From Bacteroidia bacterium (GTDB lineage Bacteria > Bacteroidota > Bacteroidia > UKL13-3): a stretch of DNA of 64,000 nucleotides. Positions 39,574-49,129 of the stretch are shown here, one piece after another. Under the pieces are notes generated by a model that had not been told where the DNA came from, did no database searches, and saw nothing but the letters and a program-made list of their open reading frames with translations. Position 1 is the stretch's first letter. The number at the start of each line of letters is the position of its first letter. Where the stretch lies: assembly GCA_014376805.1 (NCBI GenBank), contig JACMQU010000028.1, positions 471 through 64,470 on the forward strand. The letters are read 5' to 3'. Both the position numbers and the translations under genes were made by a program.

Positions 39574-40782
39574 TTACTGCTTTTTTAACTTCGGCTGGTG
39601 CTTTTTTTTTAACTCCATCCCTAAATCAGACATAGCGTTTACAAAATAAATATAAGCATCATAAGGTGAATCAAAGGGACTGAAATATTTGTGCACATCC
39701 CCATCGGCCCAGTACTTGGTGCACATATAATAGAAATGATCGCTAGTGAGCATTTTTTTCCAGGTATCAATCATCAGTGTATCGCCACTTTTATAGATAT
39801 CTTTTTCGAGATTATAAATTTTTGAAATTGCTTCATCTTGCATAGGGTTTCCGAGCCAGGCTGAAAGGTCACGTTCCGAATCGGCCCAACTGGTCATCAG
39901 ATGTGCATCGTAAGTGTCTCTCACCGGATAGAAATCTGCCGTTTCAGAAACTGTTTTAAAGGAGAAGCCGGGATTTTTCAAAACATGGTTAGGCAGGTAT
40001 CGCATAAACTCGAAAATACCCGTTTGAACCCATTGATGTTCTCCAAAAGTTTCATAGTCCATGAATAGATTTATCGTTTCTTCCTGTTCGGGAAGGGAAT
40101 GTATCCATCCGGCAAATTTATCTGCCGTTAATGGCCACTCACTCCAGCCTTTATCGCTGAATCGAAATGCAATATCATCACTGAGTCTGTAGTTTTTAAG
40201 TAAGGTTTTTATTTTATGAACATTAGGTGCCTGATAAATATGATTGGGTGATCTGCCGTTAAGGATGCCGTCAACACCTTCGCTGATGATTGCTTTGTAA
40301 CCCATGTCTTCAATAACTTTTGCAAGTTCGTTATTGTATTGTAATTCGGTATTCCTGAAAACTTTGGGCTCTTGCTTAAAATATTTTTTGATAAGTAAGC
40401 GATGCTGTTCTATTTGCCTTTTAAATTCATCACGAGAGAAAATATATGCCAGTGAATGGTAATAGGTTTCAGAAATAAATTCAACGCAGCCTGTATTAGA
40501 AAGTTCAATAAATGATTGCAGCACATCCGGACGCCACTCTTCAAACTGCTCCAAAGCAACACCACTTATTGAATAACTTATTTTAAACCGGCCTTCATGT
40601 TTTTCAATCAGTTCAAGCATTAATCTGTTAGCAGGCAAATAACAATTGTCGGCTACTTTACTTAAGACCTCCCTGTTTTTTGCATCATCAAAATAATAAT
40701 TGTTTGAACCAATATCAAAGAAAGTATATTCCTTTAAACGATAGGGTTGATGAACCTGAAAATAAAAACAAATAGAAGGCAT
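39574..40782 (-). CDS. Glycoside hydrolase family 57 protein (alpha-amylase/alpha-glucan-active)
   Basis: 402 aa. N-terminus ICFYFQVHQPYRLKEY, ..ETYYHSLA.., MDYETFGEHQW. These are GH57 hallmarks. Confidence 0.85.
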   Translation of the reverse strand: MPSICFYFQVHQPYRLKEYTFFDIGSNNYYFDDAKNREVLSKVADNCYLPANRLMLELIEKHEGRFKISYSISGVALEQFEEWRPDVLQSFIELSNTGCVEFISETYYHSLAYIFSRDEFKRQIEQHRLLIKKYFKQEPKVFRNTELQYNNELAKVIEDMGYKAIISEGVDGILNGRSPNHIYQAPNVHKIKTLLKNYRLSDDIAFRFSDKGWSEWPLTADKFAGWIHSLPEQEETINLFMDYETFGEHQWVQTGIFEFMRYLPNHVLKNPGFSFKTVSETADFYPVRDTYDAHLMTSWADSERDLSAWLGNPMQDEAISKIYNLEKDIYKSGDTLMIDTWKKMLTSDHFYYMCTKYWADGDVHKYFSPFDSPYDAYIYFVNAMSDLGMELKKKHQPKLKKQ

Positions 40783-41100
40783 ATCAAAAATACATTAAAA
40801 ATTAAAATTCAAATCTTAAATAACAAAATTCAGAAACAAATTGAAAGCTCAAAACAAATCAAATCAACCATAGTAATCAGTATGACTGAACCCGCAAAAA
40901 TTTTCTATATGGGGAGCTAAGAGATTCATTTTACTTATCTACCAGACTTTATTATAACTCTTCTCAGGGTTTTAATATGAACAGCATATTATCAAAATTA
41001 GATTCAAAAAATATAACTAAATAAAAATTATCAAATCAACAATTAAACAATTAAACAATTAAATCAATTCAAATTAACTAAAATTTTAGTATTGTTGAAA

Positions 41101-42390
41101 TTAATCTGCTTCATCAAATATAGACTGGTAAACACCCATCACTTTCTTCGCACAATTTTCCCAGGTAATCGATTGCAGGCTTTGGTCATTGGCCTCTACA
41201 ACGCTTTTTCTCAGGCCTTCAAAATCGAGTGCTGCAATAATATACTGCGCAAACTTCTTAATATCCCAAACATCAAATTTTAACGAACCGTTTAAGGCTT
41301 CTGCCACGCCGGAAGTTTTAGAGATAATTGTTGGAATCCCATATTGTACGGCTTCAACTGCACTTAAACCAAAAGGTTCACTTACACTAGGCATGCAATA
41401 CACATCCGCAATGGCCAATAATTCATTGAGCATTTTTTTATTAAGAAAGCCGGTAAAGAAAAATTTATCACTGATTCCATAAGAGGCAGTGAGCTCTATC
41501 ATAGGCCTGAGTAAATCACCACTACCCGCCATTACAAACTTAACATTCTTGTGTTTATCAAGAACCTGTCTTGCCGCTTCAACAAAATATTCCGGGCCTT
41601 TTTGCATGGTTACCCTTCCAAAAAAGATGACCATTTTCTCTTCAAACGGACTCATTTTAACAGTATGTTTTACCGCTTCAATTCCGTTGTGGACAGGCAT
41701 AATTTTATGTGCAGGTATTCCATAATATTTAGCACAAATGCTACCCGTATAATGACTTACCGGAATAATTCTGTCGGCAAGTTCCATAGCTCTTTTTTCC
41801 AGATCAAACACCCAGTTTTTGCTAAATTCACCTGCCCTGTCGTACTCGGTAGAATGTATGTGCAACACAAGGGGTTTTCCAGTCCTCTTTTTCAACTCCA
41901 TTGCCGGTAGAAAAGTCATCCAGTCATGAGCATGGATCACGTCGAATTTTTGCCTTAAACAATACTGAACACAGATACGTGCAAATTCTATTACTTTCCT
42001 TATAACATCTCCGGCATACAGATCATCAATTTCAAATGGTGAGATATCACCATGAAATACTTCATAAAATTTCTGGTCTATTGTTTCCGTATCAGGTACT
42101 GTGGTATAAGGTCCGAAACCAGCCCCAGAAGTATAAACAGGTGTTCGAAAAGAATAGTAATCTTCTTTTTTAAAAAGTTCCGCCAATTGTTTTTTAGTAA
42201 TGCTGTTTAAACCTATCAGCTCAATATTTGGAATATTAAAGTCAGGAATGTTTTTAGGGATAATCATTTTAACGTCGGCTAGAGGAGCAAGAGCTTTACA
42301 AAGGCCCAAAGTAGCCACGCCCAGCCCGCCCGAGATAACAGGAGGAAACTCCCATCCGAACATTAAAACTTTTGTTCTTATCGCTTTCAA
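41101..42390 (-). CDS. GT4/GT5-type glycosyltransferase (glycogen-synthase-like)
   Basis: 429 aa. KVLMFGWEFPPVISGGLGVA N-terminus, IHAHDWMT, and C-terminal PSVSEPFGLSAVEAVQYGIPTI (E-x7-E region). Confidence 0.8.
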   Translation of the reverse strand: MKAIRTKVLMFGWEFPPVISGGLGVATLGLCKALAPLADVKMIIPKNIPDFNIPNIELIGLNSITKKQLAELFKKEDYYSFRTPVYTSGAGFGPYTTVPDTETIDQKFYEVFHGDISPFEIDDLYAGDVIRKVIEFARICVQYCLRQKFDVIHAHDWMTFLPAMELKKRTGKPLVLHIHSTEYDRAGEFSKNWVFDLEKRAMELADRIIPVSHYTGSICAKYYGIPAHKIMPVHNGIEAVKHTVKMSPFEEKMVIFFGRVTMQKGPEYFVEAARQVLDKHKNVKFVMAGSGDLLRPMIELTASYGISDKFFFTGFLNKKMLNELLAIADVYCMPSVSEPFGLSAVEAVQYGIPTIISKTSGVAEALNGSLKFDVWDIKKFAQYIIAALDFEGLRKSVVEANDQSLQSITWENCAKKVMGVYQSIFDEAD

Positions 42391-42490
42391 TGCTTAACAA
42401 TTTTACTTTTACAAAAGTATGATTAGATTGCGAAACAAGTAAGTTATATTATTCTTATAAAAAAATTATTTTTACAAAAAGCCTTTACCG

Positions 42491-44887
42491 ATGCAATCAC
42501 CGTCAAAATACTCAATAAAATACTATCCCGGAGAAGCCTTATCATATAAAAAAGAAGGCAATTTTTACTTCTTTTATACCGCCGAAACCATCCTTGAAAT
42601 TAAAATAAGCACTGATAGAATATTCCGTTTTCGTTATGCTCCGGATGGATTTTTTCAAAAAGATTTTTCGTATGGTGTAAATAAATATTTCAGAGAGCAA
42701 CTTATCTCCGTAAATCTTAAAGAGTTAAAAAACGTTTATGAGATAGAAACCACGCAGGTTATCTGCCAAATCAATAAACAAAATCTCTCAGTTAAATTAA
42801 TGGATAAAAGCCGCAATGTTATTCTTGAAGATGAACTGGGTTTTCATTGGCAGCATTACCTTGTAAAAGGTGGTAAAATAAATTATTGCAGTAAAAAGAT
42901 TCAGCCTGATGAATCTTTTTATGGCATGGGCGATAAACCTACTGAATTTAATATTAGAGGGAAGTTTTTTGAGAACTATGGTCAAGATGTATATGGCTTT
43001 CAAAAAGATCAGGATCCTTTGTATAAAAACATTCCATTTTATATGGGATTACACAGCGAGGGTAAACACGCTTATGGTATTTTCTTTGATAATACTTTCA
43101 GAACCATTTTTGATTTCGGAAAAGAGCAACATGATGTAAGTAGTTTTTGGGCGCGCGGTGGAGAAATGAATTACTATTTTATTTATGGCCCGAAATTATT
43201 AAATGTTGTTGAGCAGTATGCACTTTTAACAGGCTCGCATGAGTTACCACCTTTATGGGCCTTAGGCTATCATCAGTGCAAATGGAGTTATTTTCCTGAT
43301 ACAAAAGTAAAGGAGATCGCAGAAGAATTCAGAAGAAGAAAAATACCCTGTGATGTAATCTATCTGGATATTGATTATATGGATGGCTTTCGATGCTTTA
43401 CCTGGAGTCCGGAGTATTTTCCTGAACCTAAAAAGTTGTTGACAGAGCTTTCTGACATTGGATTTAAAACAGTTGTGATTATTGATCCGGGAATTAAAAT
43501 TGACAAGGATTATGAAGTATGGCAACAGGGAATTTTGAAAGATTACTTTTGCAAACGTGCTGACGGAACACTGATGGAGGGCGATGTGTGGCCAGGTAAA
43601 TGTCACTTCCCCGATTTTACAGATCCTGAAGTTCGTGAGTGGTGGGCAAGTTTATTTGAAGGACTGGTAGATGCCGGTGTAAAAGGGGTTTGGAATGATA
43701 TGAATGAACCTGCTGTTTTTGAAATAGGCACCTTTCCTGAGGATGTAAGACACCATTATGAAGGCAATCATTGCAGCCATCGCAAAGCACATAATATTTA
43801 CGGAATGCAGATGGCCAGGGCTACATACCATGGCCTTAAAAAATTTCTGATGCCTAACAGACCATTCGTAATAACACGTTCAGGATACAGTGGCCTGCAA
43901 CGGTATTCGAGTGTATGGACGGGAGATAACACAGCCACATGGGAACACTTATGGCTTGCCAATGTGCAATGCCAGCGCCTAGCCATATCGGGTGTATCAT
44001 TTGCAGGTAGTGATGTTGGAGGTTTCATAGGAGAACCTGACGGGGAATTATATACGCGATGGGTTCAGCTAGCAACCTTCCATACTTTTTTCAGAACACA
44101 CAGTGCGGGTAACGATACAAATTTTAACCAGGAACCGTGGAGTTTCGGAAGTAAATATGAATTTATAGTTAAAAAATTTCTTCACCTGAGGTATCAGTTA
44201 TTACCATATCTGTACACTGCTTTCTGGCAACATACAACTTATGGTACACCCATTATCAGACCTTTGGCTTTTCTTGAACAGGAAGACAAGGAAACAATGA
44301 ACCGCATGGATGAATTTGGTTTTGGCGACCATTTAATTGTATGTCCTGTGCTTCATGCAGGTGCTAATGAAAGAACGGTTTACCTGCCCAAAGGTTTATG
44401 GTATCATTTATGGAATGATCATGAATATAAAGGTGGAAAAGAATATAGTATTACCTGCCCGATAGATCGCATTCCCGTATTTATAAAAGCCGGTGCAGTG
44501 ATTCCCTATTATCCGAAAATGCAGTATGTGGGTGAAATTGAAATAACTGAATTAACCCTGCATGTTTATTATACCAAAGATAGTGAAGTATTGAGTATCT
44601 TATATGAAGATGCAGGTGATAATTATGGTTATAGAGCGGGCATTTGTAATGAGCATCGTTTTTATGTAAGTGGTAATCCCAAGAACCTGATCATGTCTCA
44701 TATATGTGAAGATGCTAAATACGAAACCTCTTACAAAAACTATAAGGTTGTTTACCATGGTGTACCTTTTGATTGTAAAGAAGTGGTGATTGATGGAAAA
44801 ATTCTTAAATTAAATGAAAGAAATTTTGCAGTTGGCACGATCAAAATAAAAGTAGAGAAATTGTTTAAGAGAATAATTCTCCGATAG
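42491..44887 (+). CDS. GH31 alpha-glucosidase
   Basis: 798 aa. GVKGVWNDMNEPAVF (nucleophile region), WTGDNTATWEHL, GSDVGGF. Confidence 0.9.
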   Translation: MQSPSKYSIKYYPGEALSYKKEGNFYFFYTAETILEIKISTDRIFRFRYAPDGFFQKDFSYGVNKYFREQLISVNLKELKNVYEIETTQVICQINKQNLSVKLMDKSRNVILEDELGFHWQHYLVKGGKINYCSKKIQPDESFYGMGDKPTEFNIRGKFFENYGQDVYGFQKDQDPLYKNIPFYMGLHSEGKHAYGIFFDNTFRTIFDFGKEQHDVSSFWARGGEMNYYFIYGPKLLNVVEQYALLTGSHELPPLWALGYHQCKWSYFPDTKVKEIAEEFRRRKIPCDVIYLDIDYMDGFRCFTWSPEYFPEPKKLLTELSDIGFKTVVIIDPGIKIDKDYEVWQQGILKDYFCKRADGTLMEGDVWPGKCHFPDFTDPEVREWWASLFEGLVDAGVKGVWNDMNEPAVFEIGTFPEDVRHHYEGNHCSHRKAHNIYGMQMARATYHGLKKFLMPNRPFVITRSGYSGLQRYSSVWTGDNTATWEHLWLANVQCQRLAISGVSFAGSDVGGFIGEPDGELYTRWVQLATFHTFFRTHSAGNDTNFNQEPWSFGSKYEFIVKKFLHLRYQLLPYLYTAFWQHTTYGTPIIRPLAFLEQEDKETMNRMDEFGFGDHLIVCPVLHAGANERTVYLPKGLWYHLWNDHEYKGGKEYSITCPIDRIPVFIKAGAVIPYYPKMQYVGEIEITELTLHVYYTKDSEVLSILYEDAGDNYGYRAGICNEHRFYVSGNPKNLIMSHICEDAKYETSYKNYKVVYHGVPFDCKEVVIDGKILKLNERNFAVGTIKIKVEKLFKRIILR

Positions 44888-45002
44888 GCTGAACCAATCT
44901 GCGAATCGGATATTTCAGGCAATAAATCTGATTTATATATTACATTAATACCTTGCTTTGATTGGGTACGATGAAATTCTTACATCGGCTTGTTACCTGC
45001 CA

Positions 45003-45344
45003 TTATCCGCCATCATCTGGTTTGGATTTTTTAAATTTAGAAATAAAATTTTTAAAACCCTTAACTGCATATTTAGATACAAAAGTTTCAACAGACGGTA
45101 ATATTGCATTTAAAATCATTCCTTTAGTTCCTAGCATAGGAAGTATTGAACTTTTAATAAAGCTCATCACCCGTGAACGGTTTTGTTCTCCTGGTCCGAA
45201 AGGAGAAACAGTATCCCACAGAATAGAAAATTTATTTTCGTTTAAATATTTATGCTGAACCGTGAGTTCAGCTTCCGTTTTTAAATGTGCTAAGCGAAGT
45301 TGTGCACGCCTTTGCTGCAAATCCTGCAGGTTGTTTATTTCCAT
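45003..45344 (-). CDS. Hypothetical protein (coiled-coil N-terminus)
   Basis: 113-aa ORF 6 bp downstream of the membrane-protein gene on the same strand. No recognisable motif. Confidence 0.45.
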   Translation of the reverse strand: MEINNLQDLQQRRAQLRLAHLKTEAELTVQHKYLNENKFSILWDTVSPFGPGEQNRSRVMSFIKSSILPMLGTKGMILNAILPSVETFVSKYAVKGFKNFISKFKKSKPDDGG

Positions 45345-45350
45345 AACAGT

Positions 45351-45737
45351 TTATTTTGTATCGTTAAAAATTAATTTTATAAGAAGATTTACTACAGGTT
45401 TTTCAATACTTTTTCTACATACTATTAAAATTATAGTGATCAACAAATAAAATGCAGCAACCATCGCAAAACCAATAATCATGCTATTTAACCATACCCC
45501 TAACAACAAGCCAGCCATCGCACTTAAAAACATAAAAAACAGCAATGCAAAAAAAACTATTAAAAAGGAACTGAAAAATATTCCGCCTAATACAGCAATT
45601 TTTTCAACCACAGTTAATTTGGCGAGTTCTACCTTTTGCTCTATATAAGCCTTAAGTATATTTTTATAATTCGCTAAAAAATCTGCATCGTTTTCAGGTG
45701 AAGTTTCTTCCTCTTTATTTGAATTTTGTTTTTCCAT
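45351..45737 (-). CDS. Small membrane protein, holin-X/DUF1469-like ('phage holin family' in annotations)
   Basis: 128 aa. Acidic N-terminus followed by 2-3 TM helices (IAVLGGIFFSSFLIVFFALLFFMFL; LLLGVWLNSMIIGFAMVAAFYLLITIILIV). The family call is weak. Confidence 0.5.
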   Translation of the reverse strand: MEKQNSNKEEETSPENDADFLANYKNILKAYIEQKVELAKLTVVEKIAVLGGIFFSSFLIVFFALLFFMFLSAMAGLLLGVWLNSMIIGFAMVAAFYLLITIILIVCRKSIEKPVVNLLIKLIFNDTK

Positions 45738-45938
45738 TCAATTTTGTTTTTGTTCTGTAAACTTTTTTCGAAATGATCAGGCACTTATCAAACGTTATAA
45801 TAAGTGTATCATATAAGCTGCTGACGGTGGTTAAAATTAAACTTCCAAAAATAATCAAAAACTTATTTCATTTACAATCCGCATAAAATGTTTTCTTTGT
45901 TCAAAGATAATAATCATATAGATATAAATTTGATATAA

Positions 45939-46967
45939 ATGATTGCAAAGACACATAAGCCTGAGACAAAACAACTGGTCGCATTTATTATTCTTATTAT
46001 AGCTGGCCTAGGACTATTCATCCTATTATATGATTATTTTGTTCCTTTTTTAGGAGCATTAATTTTTTACATCATGTTTTTTTCTCTGATGAAATATTTT
46101 GTCGAAAAAAAGAAATGGCAAATTAGCCTGGCAGCTATTTCCATTATTTTTATTTCACTTGTTGTTATTGTTGCCCCCGTAATTCTGTTTTTTGACCTTT
46201 TATACAATAAACTTTTTTACATTATTCAAGATCCGGCGTCCTTGCTTGATGCACTTCATATATTGGATGCAAAGATTAAATCTACTTTCGGAGTTGAAAT
46301 AATAGATGCCGGAAATATGGCAGGGATTAAAACATTTATTGGCAATTTAATACCCGGTGTACTTAATAAACTTGCCGGCATTATTGCCTCTCTGCTTTTT
46401 ATGTACTTTATTCTATATTTTCTACTCATAAATTATAAAGAACTTTACCATAATCTTTGTAGCTTTCTTCCATTCGAAAAAGAGACAATTGCATTATTCA
46501 ACAAAGAGATGTATGACATGACCTTATCAAATGTAATTATAACCCCAATGCTGGCAACATTACAGGGCCTTTCAGCAGTTATTGCATTCTATTTTTTAGG
46601 ATTACCCGACAGTATATTCTGGGGAAGTATGTGTGGCATTTTTTCATTTATTCCCATGGTGGGTTCAGCAATTATCTGGTTACCTGCAGCTATTTATTTA
46701 ATGATTACCGGCAAAACATTATTAGGGCTTATTCTTGTAGCTTATGGTGTGCTTATTATTGCAAGTCTTGATAATGTAATCAGGATGATGATACAGAAAA
46801 AATTTGCAGATGTGCATCCATTGATTACCATTTTCGGCGTTCTGATCGGGCTAGATTTGTTTGGTTTACCCGGACTTATTTTTGGACCCTTATTACTTTC
46901 ATTTTTCGCAATGGGGATAAGAATTTACCGTAAAAGTTATTTAGCTGAACCCTCTGTTTTAGATTAA
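45939..46967 (+). CDS. AI-2E/PerM (UPF0118) family transporter
   Basis: 342 aa, about 8 TM helices. The C-terminal pattern ..IPMVGSAIIWLPAAIYL.. ..HPLITIFGVLIGLDLFGLPGLIFGPLLL is typical of the family. Confidence 0.75.
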   Translation: MIAKTHKPETKQLVAFIILIIAGLGLFILLYDYFVPFLGALIFYIMFFSLMKYFVEKKKWQISLAAISIIFISLVVIVAPVILFFDLLYNKLFYIIQDPASLLDALHILDAKIKSTFGVEIIDAGNMAGIKTFIGNLIPGVLNKLAGIIASLLFMYFILYFLLINYKELYHNLCSFLPFEKETIALFNKEMYDMTLSNVIITPMLATLQGLSAVIAFYFLGLPDSIFWGSMCGIFSFIPMVGSAIIWLPAAIYLMITGKTLLGLILVAYGVLIIASLDNVIRMMIQKKFADVHPLITIFGVLIGLDLFGLPGLIFGPLLLSFFAMGIRIYRKSYLAEPSVLD

Positions 46968-47088
46968 CATAACAATCGGTCCGTTTATAAAAGCATTTGA
47001 TTAATTTTTTACTGAGCAGGAATTATCTATATATTTATGTTCAAATATTTAGCTTCAAATTTATACAAGAAGTCGGATTAAAGCTGCA

Positions 47089-48099
47089 CTAATTTTTTTG
47101 TTTTTTTAATTCTTCCAGCCGTTTCTTTTCAGCATTTTTAGAAGCGTTTCCAAACAAAGAAAGACTTACATACCGTGCAGGATTTTCATGCAAATCTTTA
47201 AGAAGAGATTGTAATTCGAATGATGATTTATTTAAATTATCATATAACTGTTTATCATTAATCAATTTTGCAGCGGTTCCATCTCCGCTATTTAATTTTT
47301 GCGTTAAAACGGCCAATTCGCGGGAAGTTCTGTTCAATTGTTCGATAGTTGATTTTAAAGGAGCATTTGCTAAAGAATCACTCAGTTTTCTAAAGTTATG
47401 AAGACCAGTAGTAATATCTTCATTATTCATTCTGATGGCACCGCTAATGGATTCGAAGTGACCCAGGATCTTTGAAAATTTAGTGCTTTCCATTTTTATC
47501 AGTTGATTGAGACTGGCCGTTGCTGAGTTTAAATTTTTTAAAGTTCCTGACAGATCACTTATCCCTGCGCTTAAATTTTTTGAGCCCCCGTTTGCGAGCA
47601 CGGTCTGTACTTCGGTTAATACCTTATTTAAAGTGATCAGTACATTTTCCGTTTTGTTTTTTACGGGAGTAACCATTTCTGATAAGGAGGCAGAGAGGCT
47701 TATTTCTTCTGTTCCCATCATGGTATCATTTTCATCTAACGGCCCTATTAAATTTGGAATAATAAGTGAGATGGCTTTTCCACCAAGCAAATCTAAAGTA
47801 ACAATCTTGGCTTCACTGCTTTTAGAAAGCCTGATTTTATCATCGATCAGCAGTGTTACAATAATTTTATTTGCGCTATCCGTTCTAAACAAGCCTAATT
47901 TTTCTACCTGCCCTACTTTTAAGCCCTTATAATAAACAGGTGTAGATTTAACGATGCCATCAATTTCATTGTAAACCACATAATAAGAATCTAAATTAGA
48001 AAATAATCTTTTTCCTCTCAAAAAATTATATCCAAAATAAAGTGCTGCTAAAGCAAAAGCAGCAAACAATCCAATTTTTATCTCTTTAGAAATTTTCAT
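47089..48099 (-). CDS. MlaD/MCE-domain protein
   Basis: N-terminal anchor MKISKEIKIGLFAAFALAALYFGYNFL. MCE domain ..YNEIDGIVKSTPVYYKGLKVGQVEKL... Long helical C-terminus. Confidence 0.8.
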   Translation of the reverse strand: MKISKEIKIGLFAAFALAALYFGYNFLRGKRLFSNLDSYYVVYNEIDGIVKSTPVYYKGLKVGQVEKLGLFRTDSANKIIVTLLIDDKIRLSKSSEAKIVTLDLLGGKAISLIIPNLIGPLDENDTMMGTEEISLSASLSEMVTPVKNKTENVLITLNKVLTEVQTVLANGGSKNLSAGISDLSGTLKNLNSATASLNQLIKMESTKFSKILGHFESISGAIRMNNEDITTGLHNFRKLSDSLANAPLKSTIEQLNRTSRELAVLTQKLNSGDGTAAKLINDKQLYDNLNKSSFELQSLLKDLHENPARYVSLSLFGNASKNAEKKRLEELKKQKN

Positions 48100-48212
48100 T
48101 CGTTTGCAGGGTAATTAATCAACATGATACCAGTAATCTTAGTAAAAGGAAACTGCTTCATGTTAGAAAACAATTTATTTGGACAAAAATAAGGAATTTG
48201 CTTGTTGTAAAA

Positions 48213-49073
48213 CTAATTAATCTTAGCGGAGGACGAGGATTCGTATGATTTTTTATATGCAGAAACCGCATTAGCAATGCCTGTGGCTATTTCATCAACC
48301 CCTTTGTTTCCTGATAAATATTCGCGGTCTTTTTTATTACTTATAAAACCAATTTCAATAAGAATACTCGGCATTTTTGTTTGCCACAGCACCACAAATC
48401 CTGCCTGCTTAACGCCTCTGCCAGGCCTGTTAATCCCTTTAGATATTTGCTGTTCTACCTTTGACGCCAATTTAATGCTTTGATCCATATAAGCATTTTG
48501 AAACAAGGAAAAATAAATATGCGATTCGGGAGAATTTGGATCAAAACCTTCATAACGTTCAATATAATCATCCTCCAGTAAAATCACTTCATTTTCTCTT
48601 TTGGCCACTTCAAGATTTTCATCTGCTTTTTTTAGACCCATTGCAAAAGTTTCGGTTCCGGAAACAGTGTTATTTTTAGTTGAGTTACAATGTATGGAAA
48701 TGAACAGATCTGCATTATTTTTATTAGCAATGGCAGCACGTTCCCATAACTCTACAAATTTATCTGCTGAACGGGTATAAATAATTTTCACATCCGGTAA
48801 TTGTTCCTGAATTTTTTTACCTACTGATAGCGCAACTGCAAGTGTTACTTCTTTCTCTTTAACACCTGCTGCATGGCAACCAGGATCATGACCTCCATGA
48901 CCGGCATCAATAACTATGGTACTAATTGATTTTCTGTAAATTTTTTTAGCAGTAGGTGGAGGAACAGCAGCAACAAAAATAAAAAGTAAAAGAAGTGGCA
49001 CAATATTTTCGCACCACGGTAAATTCTTTACTTTGTTTAGCTTTGCATCCACTTTTGAATTTATTATTTTCAT
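48213..49073 (-). CDS. N-acetylmuramoyl-L-alanine amidase (Amidase_3)
   Basis: IVIDAGHGGHDPG, LFISIHCNS, SILIEIGFISN. Confidence 0.9.
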   Translation of the reverse strand: MKIINSKVDAKLNKVKNLPWCENIVPLLLLFIFVAAVPPPTAKKIYRKSISTIVIDAGHGGHDPGCHAAGVKEKEVTLAVALSVGKKIQEQLPDVKIIYTRSADKFVELWERAAIANKNNADLFISIHCNSTKNNTVSGTETFAMGLKKADENLEVAKRENEVILLEDDYIERYEGFDPNSPESHIYFSLFQNAYMDQSIKLASKVEQQISKGINRPGRGVKQAGFVVLWQTKMPSILIEIGFISNKKDREYLSGNKGVDEIATGIANAVSAYKKSYESSSSAKIN

Positions 49074-49129
49074 ATAATCGTTTTAACTCCTGCAGCAAGA
49101 GTTTTTGGGGATGTCTGCTCGCAATACCT

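Noticed and set aside
41036-41080. CAATTAAA-type short tandem repeats (caattaaacaattaaacaattaaatcaattcaaattaac) downstream of the GT4 gene stop.
   Set aside because: This is low-complexity A/T-rich spacer with only about 3 imperfect units. It is not a CRISPR or a defined repeat family, and I mention it only in the glucan-cluster finding.
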